A stretch of 64,000 nucleotides of DNA from an uncultured delta proteobacterium. GTDB lineage: Bacteria > Desulfobacterota > BSN033 > UBA1163. The notes under the pieces were generated by a model. That model saw only the letters and a list, made by a program, of their open reading frames with translations. It did not search any database and was not told where the DNA came from. Below are positions 18,689-29,087 of the stretch, in pieces; positions within the stretch are counted from its first letter, which is position 1; each line of letters opens with the position of its first letter. The stretch is from positions 64,001 through 128,000 of the forward strand of contig CAWHBU010000006.1 of assembly GCA_963827685.1 (NCBI GenBank), read 5' to 3'. The position numbers were made by a program, and so were the translations under genes.

Positions 18689-20017
18689 ATGAAAAAATGG
18701 TTAAGGTTGGGAATGATGGTGGTCGCAGTCTTCTCTCTGCTCTGGTTGGGAGCAAGCCCGGTGCTTGCAGCCCCTGCCGGAAAGCCGATCGTCATCGGTT
18801 ACGTCGGAAATGTTGCCTCCCCCGGCACCAAACCCTGTATGGACATACAGAAGTATGCCGTCGAGGAGATCAACAAGGCCGGAGGAATCCTGGGACGGCC
18901 GGTGGAGTATGTCGTGCTTGACGGCAAGGGAGACACTTCGCTTTCAGTGGAGGCCGCCCGGCGACTCATCATGGAGAATAAAGCCTCCTTCGTCTCCATT
19001 GAAGGCCGTTCGGAGATTTGTTTGGCCGCTCAGGAGAACTCCGCTACTCTGTTTAAGGAATATCCCCACATTCTGGTTTTCAACGGTCCCATGGCCTCGG
19101 AGTTGACGGCCAAGATTGTAGACAGCCCTGGAAAGTACGAATTCTGCTTCCGGGATTGGGATCCGGAGCCTGCCCATTATGGCTGGCTGGACAATTATCT
19201 GGGAAAGCTTTTCCAGGGTGCTCTGAAGGGCAAGAAGCTTGCTTTTCTCTGGGAAGATCTGGCCTGGACTGTCCTCTGGCGCAGAGGGATCGATTATCTT
19301 AAACTGCCTACCTGGGAAGAGGTGGCCAAGCAGAAATACGGGATAGACGTGGTTTACAGCAAACCGGTCAAACCCCGGGGAACCATGTACCTGCCCATTT
19401 TACAAGAGATCGCAACAAAAAAGGCCGACATGATCTGGTTTGTGAGCTCATGGTTCACCGATACCGAGTCATATGCCAAGCAATGGGCTGATTCGGCGGC
19501 CCAGGATATTCCCTCCGTAATGTATGGTGGGGTGGCCCAGACTCATGATTATTGGAGGATGACCGGAGGAAAAGGATTGGGGATCATGTCTTCCTTTTAT
19601 GAAGGGGATATCCCTTTTACCCCGAAAACCCTTCCCTTCATCGAGTTGGGGAAAAAGCTCGGGATTCCGCTTCAGATTCACGTCCATATCTCCTATGCGG
19701 ATATCTACCATTTCAAGGAGGCCATTGAGAAAGCCGGAGGAACGGACAACATTAATAAGTTGATCAAAGCCATGGAAGATGTGGAGACAATTTACTCCCT
19801 GGGAAAGATGAAATATCAAACCAGAAGAATCAAGCCTTACTTCCACTCTCGCGTTCTAGTGGATCCCATGAATCCTTACCATATGTATCCTGGAATGTTC
19901 CTGATGAACATCGCCCAGTTCCAGAATGATGGAAAAATTTCCTGGGTCATCAATGAAAAGAGCCAGGTTGTTCCAGGAGGCTACATTCCTCCCGCTCAAT
20001 TGCGCACCAAGAAATAA
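18689..20017 (+). CDS. LIV-family ABC substrate-binding protein
   Basis: ATG at 18689 after AAAGGAGG; signal peptide; AVEEINKAGGILGRP, AIEKAG.TD. Confidence 0.9.
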   Translation: MKKWLRLGMMVVAVFSLLWLGASPVLAAPAGKPIVIGYVGNVASPGTKPCMDIQKYAVEEINKAGGILGRPVEYVVLDGKGDTSLSVEAARRLIMENKASFVSIEGRSEICLAAQENSATLFKEYPHILVFNGPMASELTAKIVDSPGKYEFCFRDWDPEPAHYGWLDNYLGKLFQGALKGKKLAFLWEDLAWTVLWRRGIDYLKLPTWEEVAKQKYGIDVVYSKPVKPRGTMYLPILQEIATKKADMIWFVSSWFTDTESYAKQWADSAAQDIPSVMYGGVAQTHDYWRMTGGKGLGIMSSFYEGDIPFTPKTLPFIELGKKLGIPLQIHVHISYADIYHFKEAIEKAGGTDNINKLIKAMEDVETIYSLGKMKYQTRRIKPYFHSRVLVDPMNPYHMYPGMFLMNIAQFQNDGKISWVINEKSQVVPGGYIPPAQLRTKK

Positions 20018-20031
20018 CCTTTGACCTTCTT

Positions 20032-20072
20032 CAGGCGGACTTCTTTTTGGTAAAGAAGTCCGCCTGTTTTTT
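20032..20072 (+). terminator. Rho-independent terminator
   Basis: CAGGCGGACTTCTTT-loop-AAAGAAGTCCGCCTG followed by TTTTTT. Confidence 0.85.
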
Positions 20073-20310
20073 AGAAATTTATTTCTAATTTGCAAGAAAA
20101 AAATATGACAGGGCGGCGGTTTTTAGTCATTTAACCGGTCAAGTTTTGGCCTTGAACTTTGAGCTCTTTCGCCTCTTCCTTACTTCGCCGAATGTCCTTT
20201 CTATAAACTTCTTTGGCCTTTCAGACCTTGGTTCTCTCGCCGAACGCCGAACCCTGAACGAATTTATTGCCGCCTCATGCCTCTCGCCTGATTTTATTCT
20301 TGACATCCCC

Positions 20311-20799
20311 AATCTGGCGGAGCTTTATGGGGTGGAGACAAAATTTCTGGTTAGAGCAGTTAAGAGAAACCTTTCGCGGTTTCCTGCTGATTTTATGTTC
20401 CAACTCAATCAAAAGGAGTTTGAAAACTTGAGGTTCCATTTTGGTACCTCAAGTCAATGGGGAGGGCGGCGATATTTTCCTTATGCCTTTACTGAGCAAG
20501 GAGTAGCCATGCTTTCCAGTGTCTTAAACAGCGAGCGGGCGGTAGAAGTGAATATTCAGAGTGGAAGAGTTTTCGTCAAACTCAGGAAAATGATTGCCTC
20601 TCATAAAGATCTGTCCCGACGGCTGTATGATCTGGAGAAAAAATACGATGCCCGGTTTAAAGTCGTCTTTGAGGCCATCCGGGAACTGATGAGGCCTCCC
20701 AAGCTTCCCGTTGTTCCGAAAAAGAAAATCGGCTTTGAGCTAAAAGAGAGACAGGCAAGATATACTAAAAAGGGGGGTTCAAAAGTTGTAAGCGGCTAA
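20311..20799 (+). pseudogene. ORF6N-domain (antirepressor-like) protein, 5'-truncated
   Basis: [10 protein letters not shown]...[40 protein letters not shown] and KIGF are present; the usual N-terminal IRG.KVMLD segment and a start with RBS are missing. Confidence 0.75.
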
Positions 20800-20980
20800 C
20801 TTGAGCCGAATGGAAAATGGGGGATAAACAGAGTTTAATTGAAGGAAATTTGAGGTTGGGTTTTTACCGGGGAACACGACTATCAGTAAAAATCAGAATA
20901 CAAAGAAAATAGACCTGACCCCAATTCTTCCAACTCTATCAAATAAGTTGGAGAATGACTAAAACTAATTTCTTTTAAAA

Positions 20981-22150
20981 CTACCTCTCAATAATCCAAG
21001 GGTCAAATGGTATCTTAGAAAGAAGTTCATTCCCTTCTTCAGTAATCAGTAGTGGTGTTTCAAGCCTCATACCCCCGAGGCCGGGTTGGTTGGCGGCAAT
21101 GGCAAGAATTTGGATATAGTTAGGTTCAAGCACATAATCCGGCTCTGAAACTTGTTTCACCTTCGTGTTTGATAAGAGAGGATACCATTCATGTCCCAAA
21201 TGGCCGATCCCGTGCCCGAAAAACCCCCTGATGATTTTGTCCCAACCGCTTTTACGCACAAACTCACGGCAGTCTATTGCTACATCTCCCAGCGTTTTCC
21301 CTGGTTTCATCACCTCTACGATATGCTCACACGTTTGGACATAGACATGGATAAGCTTCTTTTGTTCATTATCCGGTCGGCCCATTATTGCATTGTGAGA
21401 GACATCTCCCAGCATGAGCCCGTACATTGCATGAAGATCCATGACCACGAACTCTTTTAATTGTACGATTTTGTCTGTTGCCGGGGTGCAACCCCCAGTC
21501 CATGTCCGATATCCCGAGGCAATTTCCTGGCCCCCGGTAAAAGTCCAACCGAATTCGCTTCCCGCATCTCTCATCACTTTTTCGGCAACCCCGGCAATTT
21601 GTTTTTCGCTCATACCGGGTTTTAATACGTGACGCAGTTCTTCATGGGCAGAGTCCACAATAGCCGTTGCTTGCCGCATGAGCCGGACCTCTTCCTCTTC
21701 TTTAACCATGGTCAAATCATCTATAATATTACTAACATTGACAAATGCTGCATCGGGCAAGGCCTTAATCAGCTCTTGATATTCCGATAGCGCAATATAC
21801 CCATCGGGTAGATAGGGGGAAGAACCACATTCATAGCCGATTCTGGCCTTTTCCAAACCCAATTTTTTTATTCTGTTCACAACGGTTTCCATTAAACTAA
21901 TTCTTCCATATCCTTCCACATTTTTTAGCCAGCCTTCTTGGCGAAGCCGATTTACATCGAAAGCAAGGCTAACCAGGTAGAGTTCCCCCTTCGTTGGGAT
22001 TATCACTGCACTTCGCCAGGGACAAAATACTCCAGAGGCGTGGGTCACGGTTTTTAACCGGGTACCAATCAAAACATCGACATTTTCTTTTTTAATCCTT
22101 GCCTGCATTTTTTGGAGTCTTTTTGTGAAGTCAATATGGACAGTATACAT
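20981..22150 (-). CDS. M24-family peptidase (Xaa-Pro dipeptidase/creatinase-like)
   Basis: Creatinase N-domain, K..EE+..MR.A, D-x10-D, GHGIG, GG.R+E..+LIT..G.E.L. Confidence 0.85.
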   Translation of the reverse strand: MYTVHIDFTKRLQKMQARIKKENVDVLIGTRLKTVTHASGVFCPWRSAVIIPTKGELYLVSLAFDVNRLRQEGWLKNVEGYGRISLMETVVNRIKKLGLEKARIGYECGSSPYLPDGYIALSEYQELIKALPDAAFVNVSNIIDDLTMVKEEEEVRLMRQATAIVDSAHEELRHVLKPGMSEKQIAGVAEKVMRDAGSEFGWTFTGGQEIASGYRTWTGGCTPATDKIVQLKEFVVMDLHAMYGLMLGDVSHNAIMGRPDNEQKKLIHVYVQTCEHIVEVMKPGKTLGDVAIDCREFVRKSGWDKIIRGFFGHGIGHLGHEWYPLLSNTKVKQVSEPDYVLEPNYIQILAIAANQPGLGGMRLETPLLITEEGNELLSKIPFDPWIIER

Positions 22151-22182
22151 TTTTTACCCCTTTCCTTAATTGAAGACTATTT

Positions 22183-23718
22183 TTAAAAAATATCTTTCTT
22201 ATCAACCCAGGAGGGTATATGTTTGTAATAGCTAGCTGGATTGGCATGCTTGATTCCCTTTAAAGTTGCTTTAACTAATTCCACCTGTCCCTTGTCATTT
22301 TTCCACATTGATACTAGACCTTCTTTGCCAAGAACCGTTAGTTTTTGTAATATCTCCTCATCGCCAAGATCGATGAACTGTTGGATATCCTGAATAGTCA
22401 TATGCAAGCCCGGATTTACTCGATAATTTTCAGCCAAAACTTTTAAAATATCCGCCTCCGTCTTTACCGCGATGGGTTTTGGCTTATCCCCCAAGGGAAG
22501 GGGTTGGTTTATTTCTTCGTCAATGGCACGAATTGGAACTTTTAGATCATCAGCAAAGTATTTATTTCCCATCCGATAGATCAAGAGTCTGAGCACTTCG
22601 CTAGTCCCCGCTGCAATTTGTCCGATTTTGGCATCTCGCATAATGCGTTCAACCGGATAAATTTCCATGACTCCGTTACCGCCCATACATTGGATCGCCT
22701 CCGAGGCCATTTTAAACCCCACCTCAGTGCAAAGAAGTTTGCTTAAGGCAGCTTCGATAGGGGTATCCCGCCCCAAGTCAATAAGGTAAGCGACATAATA
22801 GACCAGCAGACGTGCTAATTGATAGTTGGAGTAAAGGTCCGCCAATTTAAATTGATTCGTCACAATAGAACCCGTTTTTTGTCCGAATTGAACGCGTCTT
22901 TCCAAATGCTGCCTGGCATAACGCAAGGACTCACGCATCCCTCCGAGGTAGGTGGTTGCCGTCAACACCCTCTCCGCATTCAACCCGCTCATCATGACCC
23001 GCCAACCATTCCCCTCGCCCCCGATTACATTTTTTACCGGTACCTTAACGTCGTCCAACCTTAAATAGCAGTTCAACATTCCAGGATATCCCGGCCAATC
23101 ATTCACTCTTTCCACAGAAAAGCCCGGCATACCTTTTTCAATAATCAACCCCGTCAGATGCCTCCGAGTCCCTATTTTTTTGGGATCATCAGACGTCTTC
23201 ACATAAGTCATATAAAAATCGGCCGCCCCGGCATTAGTCTGAAACCTTTTTATTCCGTTAACAATATAGTCGTCCCCTTCGCGGATTCCCACTGTCTCGA
23301 TTGCTGAAATATCCGACCCGGCATACGGCTCGGTCATAACGACGCTACCGAGAATTTCGCCCTTGGCCATCTTCCCCAACCATCGTTCCTTTTGTTCTTC
23401 GGTCCCATCATGAATGATTTGATGCATTCCTCCGAATAACGTATTACTATAAGATGCTGAAACGGCACCGGCCCGACTAATTTCATCAATAACAATACAG
23501 GCGCCGGTGATGCCATAAATTTCTAATTTTCCCCCGTATTTTTGGGGAATGAGTGCCCCAAACCACCCCCTTTTTTTAATTTCCTCGACTACTTTCCAGG
23601 GATATTCCTTTTTAAAGCTGCATTTTTCGGCGATCGGTATTAATATTTCGTCCGTGACTTTTCGAACATTGGCTGCCAGTTCTTTTTGTGCCTCGTTCCA
23701 CCATGGGAAATCTTCCAT
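22183..23718 (-). CDS. Acyl-CoA dehydrogenase with a C-terminal winged-helix-like extension
   Basis: MTEP.AGSD, NG.K.F.TN, R.QFG, A+Q..GG.G, ER..RDAK...I.AGTSE; about 120 extra residues at the C-terminus. ATG at 23718 follows AGGAGG. Confidence 0.9.
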   Translation of the reverse strand: MEDFPWWNEAQKELAANVRKVTDEILIPIAEKCSFKKEYPWKVVEEIKKRGWFGALIPQKYGGKLEIYGITGACIVIDEISRAGAVSASYSNTLFGGMHQIIHDGTEEQKERWLGKMAKGEILGSVVMTEPYAGSDISAIETVGIREGDDYIVNGIKRFQTNAGAADFYMTYVKTSDDPKKIGTRRHLTGLIIEKGMPGFSVERVNDWPGYPGMLNCYLRLDDVKVPVKNVIGGEGNGWRVMMSGLNAERVLTATTYLGGMRESLRYARQHLERRVQFGQKTGSIVTNQFKLADLYSNYQLARLLVYYVAYLIDLGRDTPIEAALSKLLCTEVGFKMASEAIQCMGGNGVMEIYPVERIMRDAKIGQIAAGTSEVLRLLIYRMGNKYFADDLKVPIRAIDEEINQPLPLGDKPKPIAVKTEADILKVLAENYRVNPGLHMTIQDIQQFIDLGDEEILQKLTVLGKEGLVSMWKNDKGQVELVKATLKGIKHANPASYYKHIPSWVDKKDIF

Positions 23719-24046
23719 TCTTCCTCCTAGCATTTTTCAAAATCGTTTATAAGGTTTTAGGATATATTATCAAAATTTATCAATTCCAGGGATCATACGT
23801 CTGGAATACCCCTTGGAAAGGGTTATTGCGAGAGGCAACAAAGCAATATTGGTTTTGAAACTGTACAAAAAATCAACATTGTTTTGTTGCTCCTTTTTAA
23901 AGAGGCAATGAAACAATGACAAAAACAAACATTTTTTCGAGCCCGTCAAAATATATTTCCCGCGATTATACTTTTTATACTTCCAACGGCAATCCAAGCT
24001 CATTCGGCAAAACATCCATGATCTCGTCTGTTCAATATTTCTTGAT

Positions 24047-24850
24047 CTATCTACCCTTCCAACAAGGCTCTCTCTTTTCAAGAAAGGCCTTAACCCCCTC
24101 TTTAAAATCTTCCGTCTTCGTACTTAATTGAAAACAATATCGCGCTGCTTCTTCGTGAAACTCCCCACTACGCCCCAACCCCATATAAATCAACTGCTTG
24201 GTCATGCGCACGGCAAATGGCGCCCCCCTCATTAACTTCTTTGCCAATTCTTTTGCCGTCGGCATCAATTGATCATTCGGTACGACTTTGCTTACCAGGC
24301 CGATGCGCAACATCTCCTGGGCATCAATTATTTCCCCGGAAAATACTAATTCGCACGCTCTCGATAATCCCACTATCCGCGGAAGGAGATAAGTTCCAGC
24401 GCCGAGATCCGGAGACATTCCTCTCATCACAAAAACCTCTCCCCATCTTGCAGTTTCCGAAGCAATCCTGACATCACATTGCAACGTGAGTTCGGCCCCA
24501 AGACCTACAACCGGTCCATTAATGGCACAAACAACCGGCTTCGGAATGGAATTTACCACCCACATGGATTGGCGATATTCCGTTGAAATCCTTTCTTTCA
24601 TAGTATCTATTTCTTCCTCGGCCGTAAACGGAACCTCTCCGGTTAAATCCGTACCTGCACAAAAGGCTCGCCCATTGCCTGTTAAAATAACAGACCGTAC
24701 TTCATCATCTTTTTTAATATTTTCAACAATTAAAGACAGGTTTTTAAGCATTTCATGCGTAATTGCGTTCAACTTATCTGGACGATTAAACATTATTATC
24801 CCGATAGCATCTTCTTTTTTAAAAAGGATATCCTCATTTTGCATTTTCAT
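24047..24850 (-). CDS. Enoyl-CoA hydratase/isomerase (crotonase family, PaaG-like)
   Basis: NRPDKLNA, RAFCAG.D, KPV+.AING, CD+RIAS, F...G+.PD, EGV.AFLEKR.P. Confidence 0.9.
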   Translation of the reverse strand: MKMQNEDILFKKEDAIGIIMFNRPDKLNAITHEMLKNLSLIVENIKKDDEVRSVILTGNGRAFCAGTDLTGEVPFTAEEEIDTMKERISTEYRQSMWVVNSIPKPVVCAINGPVVGLGAELTLQCDVRIASETARWGEVFVMRGMSPDLGAGTYLLPRIVGLSRACELVFSGEIIDAQEMLRIGLVSKVVPNDQLMPTAKELAKKLMRGAPFAVRMTKQLIYMGLGRSGEFHEEAARYCFQLSTKTEDFKEGVKAFLEKREPCWKGR

Positions 24851-25014
24851 ACCTCCAAGACACGATTATTTATTGTTTATTGAGAACTCTATTTGTCATA
24901 TTATTGATAACCTTGAATATACGTTTTTCGTTAAAGCGCCATAAAATACCTCTCTTGTTTTTATTTCGGCGTAGAACCAGCCGCAAATGCTACTTCGAGA
25001 ATGATCCATGGGTC

Positions 25015-26550
25015 TTATACCTTCCGCTCCTTTCCTTTCCAATGCTCGTCACGCAAAATCTTCTTCTTTATTTTCCCACCAACGGTCCTCGGAAAGTCAT
25101 TCACGAATTCAACTTCCTTAGGTCGTTTAAATCCGCCCAAATAACTGTTGCAATGGTTGATTATTTCTTCCTTTGTAACCGTCCGGCCGGTTTTGACCAC
25201 AATCATGGCCTTGACCCTTTCTCCCCATTTCTCATCTGGAATTCCAATAACGACGCATTCCATGACCGCTGGGTGAAGCTTTAAGATATCCTCGATTTCT
25301 CGTGGATAAATATTCTCCCCCCCGCTAATAATCATGTCTGTCTTTCGATCTACGATGTAGAAATAATTTTCCTCATCTCTGATTCCCAAATCACCGGCGG
25401 AAAACCATTCTCCCTTTAAGGCTTCACCAGTTTTTCCCGGATTTTTATAATATTCATCAAAACGGCCGACACATTTTGAAAAAATTTCACCAACCTCTCC
25501 TGGAGGGAGCACACATCCGTTCTCATCCCGAATTTCCACCTCCGCCCCAAAACATGGCTGACCACAGCAACGAATCTTTCTCAGTTGATCTTCGGGTTTA
25601 AGAATCGTTAAAAACCCTGATTCACTTGCTGCATACCACTCATACAAGACTGGCCCCATTTTTCTCATGACGGCTTCTTTGACCTGGGTTGGTAACGGAG
25701 CGGCGACTGACAATAGCATCCTTAAGGAGTTAAAACAGGTTTTCTCTAATCGAGGGCTGTGGAGAACCATATCGATCATTGTCGGAACCATAAGGGTTGC
25801 AGTGATATTTTCTTTTTCAATCACTTCTAACGCTTTATCGGGATTAAACTCCTTTCCAACAAAAATGGAGCCCCCTACCTGTAGAACCATGAGAGGAATC
25901 CATGTTACTCCGTGGAAAAAGGGACTGTTTGCTAAAAAATAATCATTTCCGTTAAGTCCGAAGGCAATCAATCCATGACAGAAAGCCAAAGTCATACGTT
26001 TAAAAGAACGAATAACCCCCTTCGGGTCTCCGGTTGTTCCTGAGGTATACATCAGTTGGCAAGGATTTTCCCAATCGACGATTACCTGAGGTTCTCCGTC
26101 CGAACTGGGAGACAAAACGTTTTCATACGCCTTCCATTCGGATGTTAAGGGGCTCCCGATCACAATCACCCCATTTGAATGAATATTTTTCAACTGACTT
26201 CGGATCGATAAGAAATTCTGTTGATATTCCTCACTCAATATCATCATAACGGCATCGGAATGATTGAATAAGACAACGATCTCATTAGGGTTAAGCCAAT
26301 AATTTAGAGTAACGATACATACTCCTATTTTTGCACAGGCATGAAATACTTCCATATATTCAATACAATTTTTCGCATAAATTGCGATTTTGTCTCCTTG
26401 TTTCAATCCCAGACCCATTAAACCATTGGCCAGTTGATTAACCCTTTGGTTAAATTGTCTATAGGTTAATTTTTTATTTTCATCTGCTATGCAATTCTTA
26501 TTGGGATGATTTGCAACATTCATCCTTAAGGTATCACCTATCGTTATCAT
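25015..26550 (-). CDS. Acyl-CoA synthetase (AMP-binding)
   Basis: YTSGTTGDPKG, Y..SE, GDLG..DE, DRK.DMIISGGENIYPREIE, GK+.K. Confidence 0.9.
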   Translation of the reverse strand: MITIGDTLRMNVANHPNKNCIADENKKLTYRQFNQRVNQLANGLMGLGLKQGDKIAIYAKNCIEYMEVFHACAKIGVCIVTLNYWLNPNEIVVLFNHSDAVMMILSEEYQQNFLSIRSQLKNIHSNGVIVIGSPLTSEWKAYENVLSPSSDGEPQVIVDWENPCQLMYTSGTTGDPKGVIRSFKRMTLAFCHGLIAFGLNGNDYFLANSPFFHGVTWIPLMVLQVGGSIFVGKEFNPDKALEVIEKENITATLMVPTMIDMVLHSPRLEKTCFNSLRMLLSVAAPLPTQVKEAVMRKMGPVLYEWYAASESGFLTILKPEDQLRKIRCCGQPCFGAEVEIRDENGCVLPPGEVGEIFSKCVGRFDEYYKNPGKTGEALKGEWFSAGDLGIRDEENYFYIVDRKTDMIISGGENIYPREIEDILKLHPAVMECVVIGIPDEKWGERVKAMIVVKTGRTVTKEEIINHCNSYLGGFKRPKEVEFVNDFPRTVGGKIKKKILRDEHWKGKERKV

Positions 26551-26583
26551 GTCTTCCCTCCGACATATCTTTTTAAATAAATA

Positions 26584-27288
26584 TTAGATCCCCAAATAGG
26601 CCTTTTTTAAACTCTCGTCTTCCAGTAAGTTTTTTCCTGTATTTTCCATGATGATGCGACCGTTTTCTAAAACATACCCTCGATCAGCTATTTGCAGCGC
26701 ATTAACTACATTTTGCTCAACCAACAGAATAGTTGCCCCTTGGGTTTGAATATTCTTAATGATTTTGAAATTATTTTTAACCATCATCGGCGCCAATCCT
26801 AAAGAGGGCTCATCCAACATCAATAATTTCGGCTGGGCCATCAGCCCACGCCCCATGGCCAACATCTGCTGTTCTCCTCCGCTGAGCGAACCAGCCAGCT
26901 GTTTCATCCTTCCGGAAAGTGGTGGGAAAAGGGCTAAAACCGTATTCAATGATTGATGCCCCCCCGATCTTGCTCTCTGATTATAGGCGCCAATCTCCAG
27001 ATTCTCCAAAACCGTCATTTGGGGAAAGACTTTCCTTCCTTCAGGGACTTGGATGACGCCTCTTCCTACAATCCGATTGGGGGGCTCCCGATCTATACGG
27101 ATTCCTTCGAATAATATTTCCCCGGTTCGGGGAGTCAAGATACCCGAAATCGTATTCAATGTGGTGGTCTTACCGGCGGCATTCGATCCCACAATACTCA
27201 CAATTTCCGCCCGCGACACTTTTAGCGATATTCCCCATAGAGATCGCACTTCGCCGTAAAAAACATCAATCTTTTTTATTTCCAGCAA
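26584..27288 (-). CDS. livF: ABC ATPase LivF
   Basis: GSNAAGKTT, VPEGR..F, LSGGEQQML, DEPSLGLAP. Confidence 0.92.
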   Translation of the reverse strand: MLEIKKIDVFYGEVRSLWGISLKVSRAEIVSIVGSNAAGKTTTLNTISGILTPRTGEILFEGIRIDREPPNRIVGRGVIQVPEGRKVFPQMTVLENLEIGAYNQRARSGGHQSLNTVLALFPPLSGRMKQLAGSLSGGEQQMLAMGRGLMAQPKLLMLDEPSLGLAPMMVKNNFKIIKNIQTQGATILLVEQNVVNALQIADRGYVLENGRIIMENTGKNLLEDESLKKAYLGI

Positions 27289-29074
27289 TAAAGTATTCCT
27301 CCCCTAAATAGGCTTCAATAACTTTCCGGTCTTTCGCGATCTCTTCCGGAACTCCCTCGGAAATCTTCTCTCCATGATTTAAAACGATGATTCTTTGACA
27401 AAGAGACATAATGACGGGCATCACATGTTCAATAATCATGACGGTAATACCTCTTTCGCTAATCTTCCGAATAAGACCCACAGTCTCAGAGACCTCTCGT
27501 TGGTTTAACCCCGCCATTACTTCATCTAAAAGAATTAAATCCGGTTGGGTGGCTAGTGCCTTGGCCAATTCTAAACGCTTTTTATCCGGAAGCGTGAGGC
27601 TGTGCGCCAGCGTATCTTGTTTTTCCCCCAATCCAACATATCCTAATATTTCTTTTGCAAGATCGGCCGCTAAAGCGATGTTCGACAGATGGCAAAAGCC
27701 GCCTGTAGTAACGTTGTCAAGCACACTCATATTGCCAAAGGGTTTTACAATTTGGAAAGTGCGGCCCATGCCTTGTTGGCAAAGGATATAGGGTTTAACA
27801 CCATTTACTTCCAATCCCTTAAAAATGACACGCCCGTTATCAGGAGCATAAAACCCCGAAATGACGTTAAATAATGTTGTCTTCCCCGCACCATTGGGAC
27901 CGATTAACCCAAATATTTCCCCCGGTCTTATTTTCAGGTTGACTTTGGAAATGGCTTTTAGCCCCCCAAAATATTTGGAAAGATCTTGCACCTCCAACAA
28001 AAAGGGGCTTGAATAATTTTTTATAAGAGGGGAGGGCGCATACGGATGAGATGATTGGGCAGGCGGATTCTTCGGGAAATTTTCTTTTTCCCCGGAATTT
28101 GGCAACCGGGTTAAAAGTCTATGATATTTTTTCCTTACCCCCGCCATGATCCCATGAGGCATATAATGCACGACTAGAATTAGGATCACGCCATAAATGA
28201 TTAAATGGGCCCCTCTGGATATCCCACCCATTTCTGCCCTTAAAAACTCTCCTAAGGGGACCATTAAAAAAGATCCGATTACGGGGCCCAGGACCGTCCC
28301 AGTTCCACCGATAATAGTAACCAAAACCATTTTTATGGAAAGCTCTAGTGAAAATACGGCATCAGGGTCTATAAATAAAATGTACTGAGAATAAAAAGTT
28401 CCTGCGATAGAACAAAAAAAAGCGCTAATCGTCATGGCAATGAGTTTATACCTGGGAGTGTCGATTCCCAAAGCCCGAGCGCCATCCTCATCCTCCCGTA
28501 GGGCCGAGAGATAAAAACCACACTTGGATTTTCTTACGAGAAAGGAGACGACCGAAACAACAAATATCAGTAAAAGTGCCAAATAAGCGTAGGTCATTTT
28601 GCTCGTAAACACAAAATTTTTTAAAGCGGGGTTGAACGGAATTCCCACGCCGACCGAACCTTCGGTGACTTGTCTCCAATGGATGGCTACAATATGCATC
28701 ACCTCTGCAAACGCAATCGTGGACAGAGCAAAAAATGGACCGTGCAGCCTGAAACTGGGATATCCCACCAGGGCGGAAACGATCACGGACAGAAAGGCCC
28801 CCATAAACATCCCCCACCAAGGAGAAATACCAAAGTTGAAATAAAGAAGCGTCGAAGTGTACGCTCCGATTCCAAAGAAAGCGGTATGTCCTAATGAAAT
28901 TTGTCCCGCATACCCCCCCACGAAATTCCAGGCTGATCCCAAAACCGCATATAACATTGTTAAGATAAATATGTGTAAAAGAAATGGATCAAAAAAAGTT
29001 GGAGAAATTATCAATAAAATGAGAGCAATGAATGGAACATAATATTTTGGACGAAATATTTCTCTAAGATACAT
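27266..29074 (-). CDS. Fused LivM permease-LivG ATPase
   Basis: N-terminal WN..GGYAGQ+SLGH.AFFG; C-terminal GPNGAGKTT, LDEVMAGLN, AYLG. Confidence 0.92.
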   Translation of the reverse strand: MYLREIFRPKYYVPFIALILLIISPTFFDPFLLHIFILTMLYAVLGSAWNFVGGYAGQISLGHTAFFGIGAYTSTLLYFNFGISPWWGMFMGAFLSVIVSALVGYPSFRLHGPFFALSTIAFAEVMHIVAIHWRQVTEGSVGVGIPFNPALKNFVFTSKMTYAYLALLLIFVVSVVSFLVRKSKCGFYLSALREDEDGARALGIDTPRYKLIAMTISAFFCSIAGTFYSQYILFIDPDAVFSLELSIKMVLVTIIGGTGTVLGPVIGSFLMVPLGEFLRAEMGGISRGAHLIIYGVILILVVHYMPHGIMAGVRKKYHRLLTRLPNSGEKENFPKNPPAQSSHPYAPSPLIKNYSSPFLLEVQDLSKYFGGLKAISKVNLKIRPGEIFGLIGPNGAGKTTLFNVISGFYAPDNGRVIFKGLEVNGVKPYILCQQGMGRTFQIVKPFGNMSVLDNVTTGGFCHLSNIALAADLAKEILGYVGLGEKQDTLAHSLTLPDKKRLELAKALATQPDLILLDEVMAGLNQREVSETVGLIRKISERGITVMIIEHVMPVIMSLCQRIIVLNHGEKISEGVPEEIAKDRKVIEAYLGEEYFIAGNKKD

Positions 29075-29087
29075 GGGAAAGCTCTTT

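Noticed and set aside
27266-29074. LivM-LivG fusion as a novelty
   Set aside because: Such fusions are common in HAAT systems.
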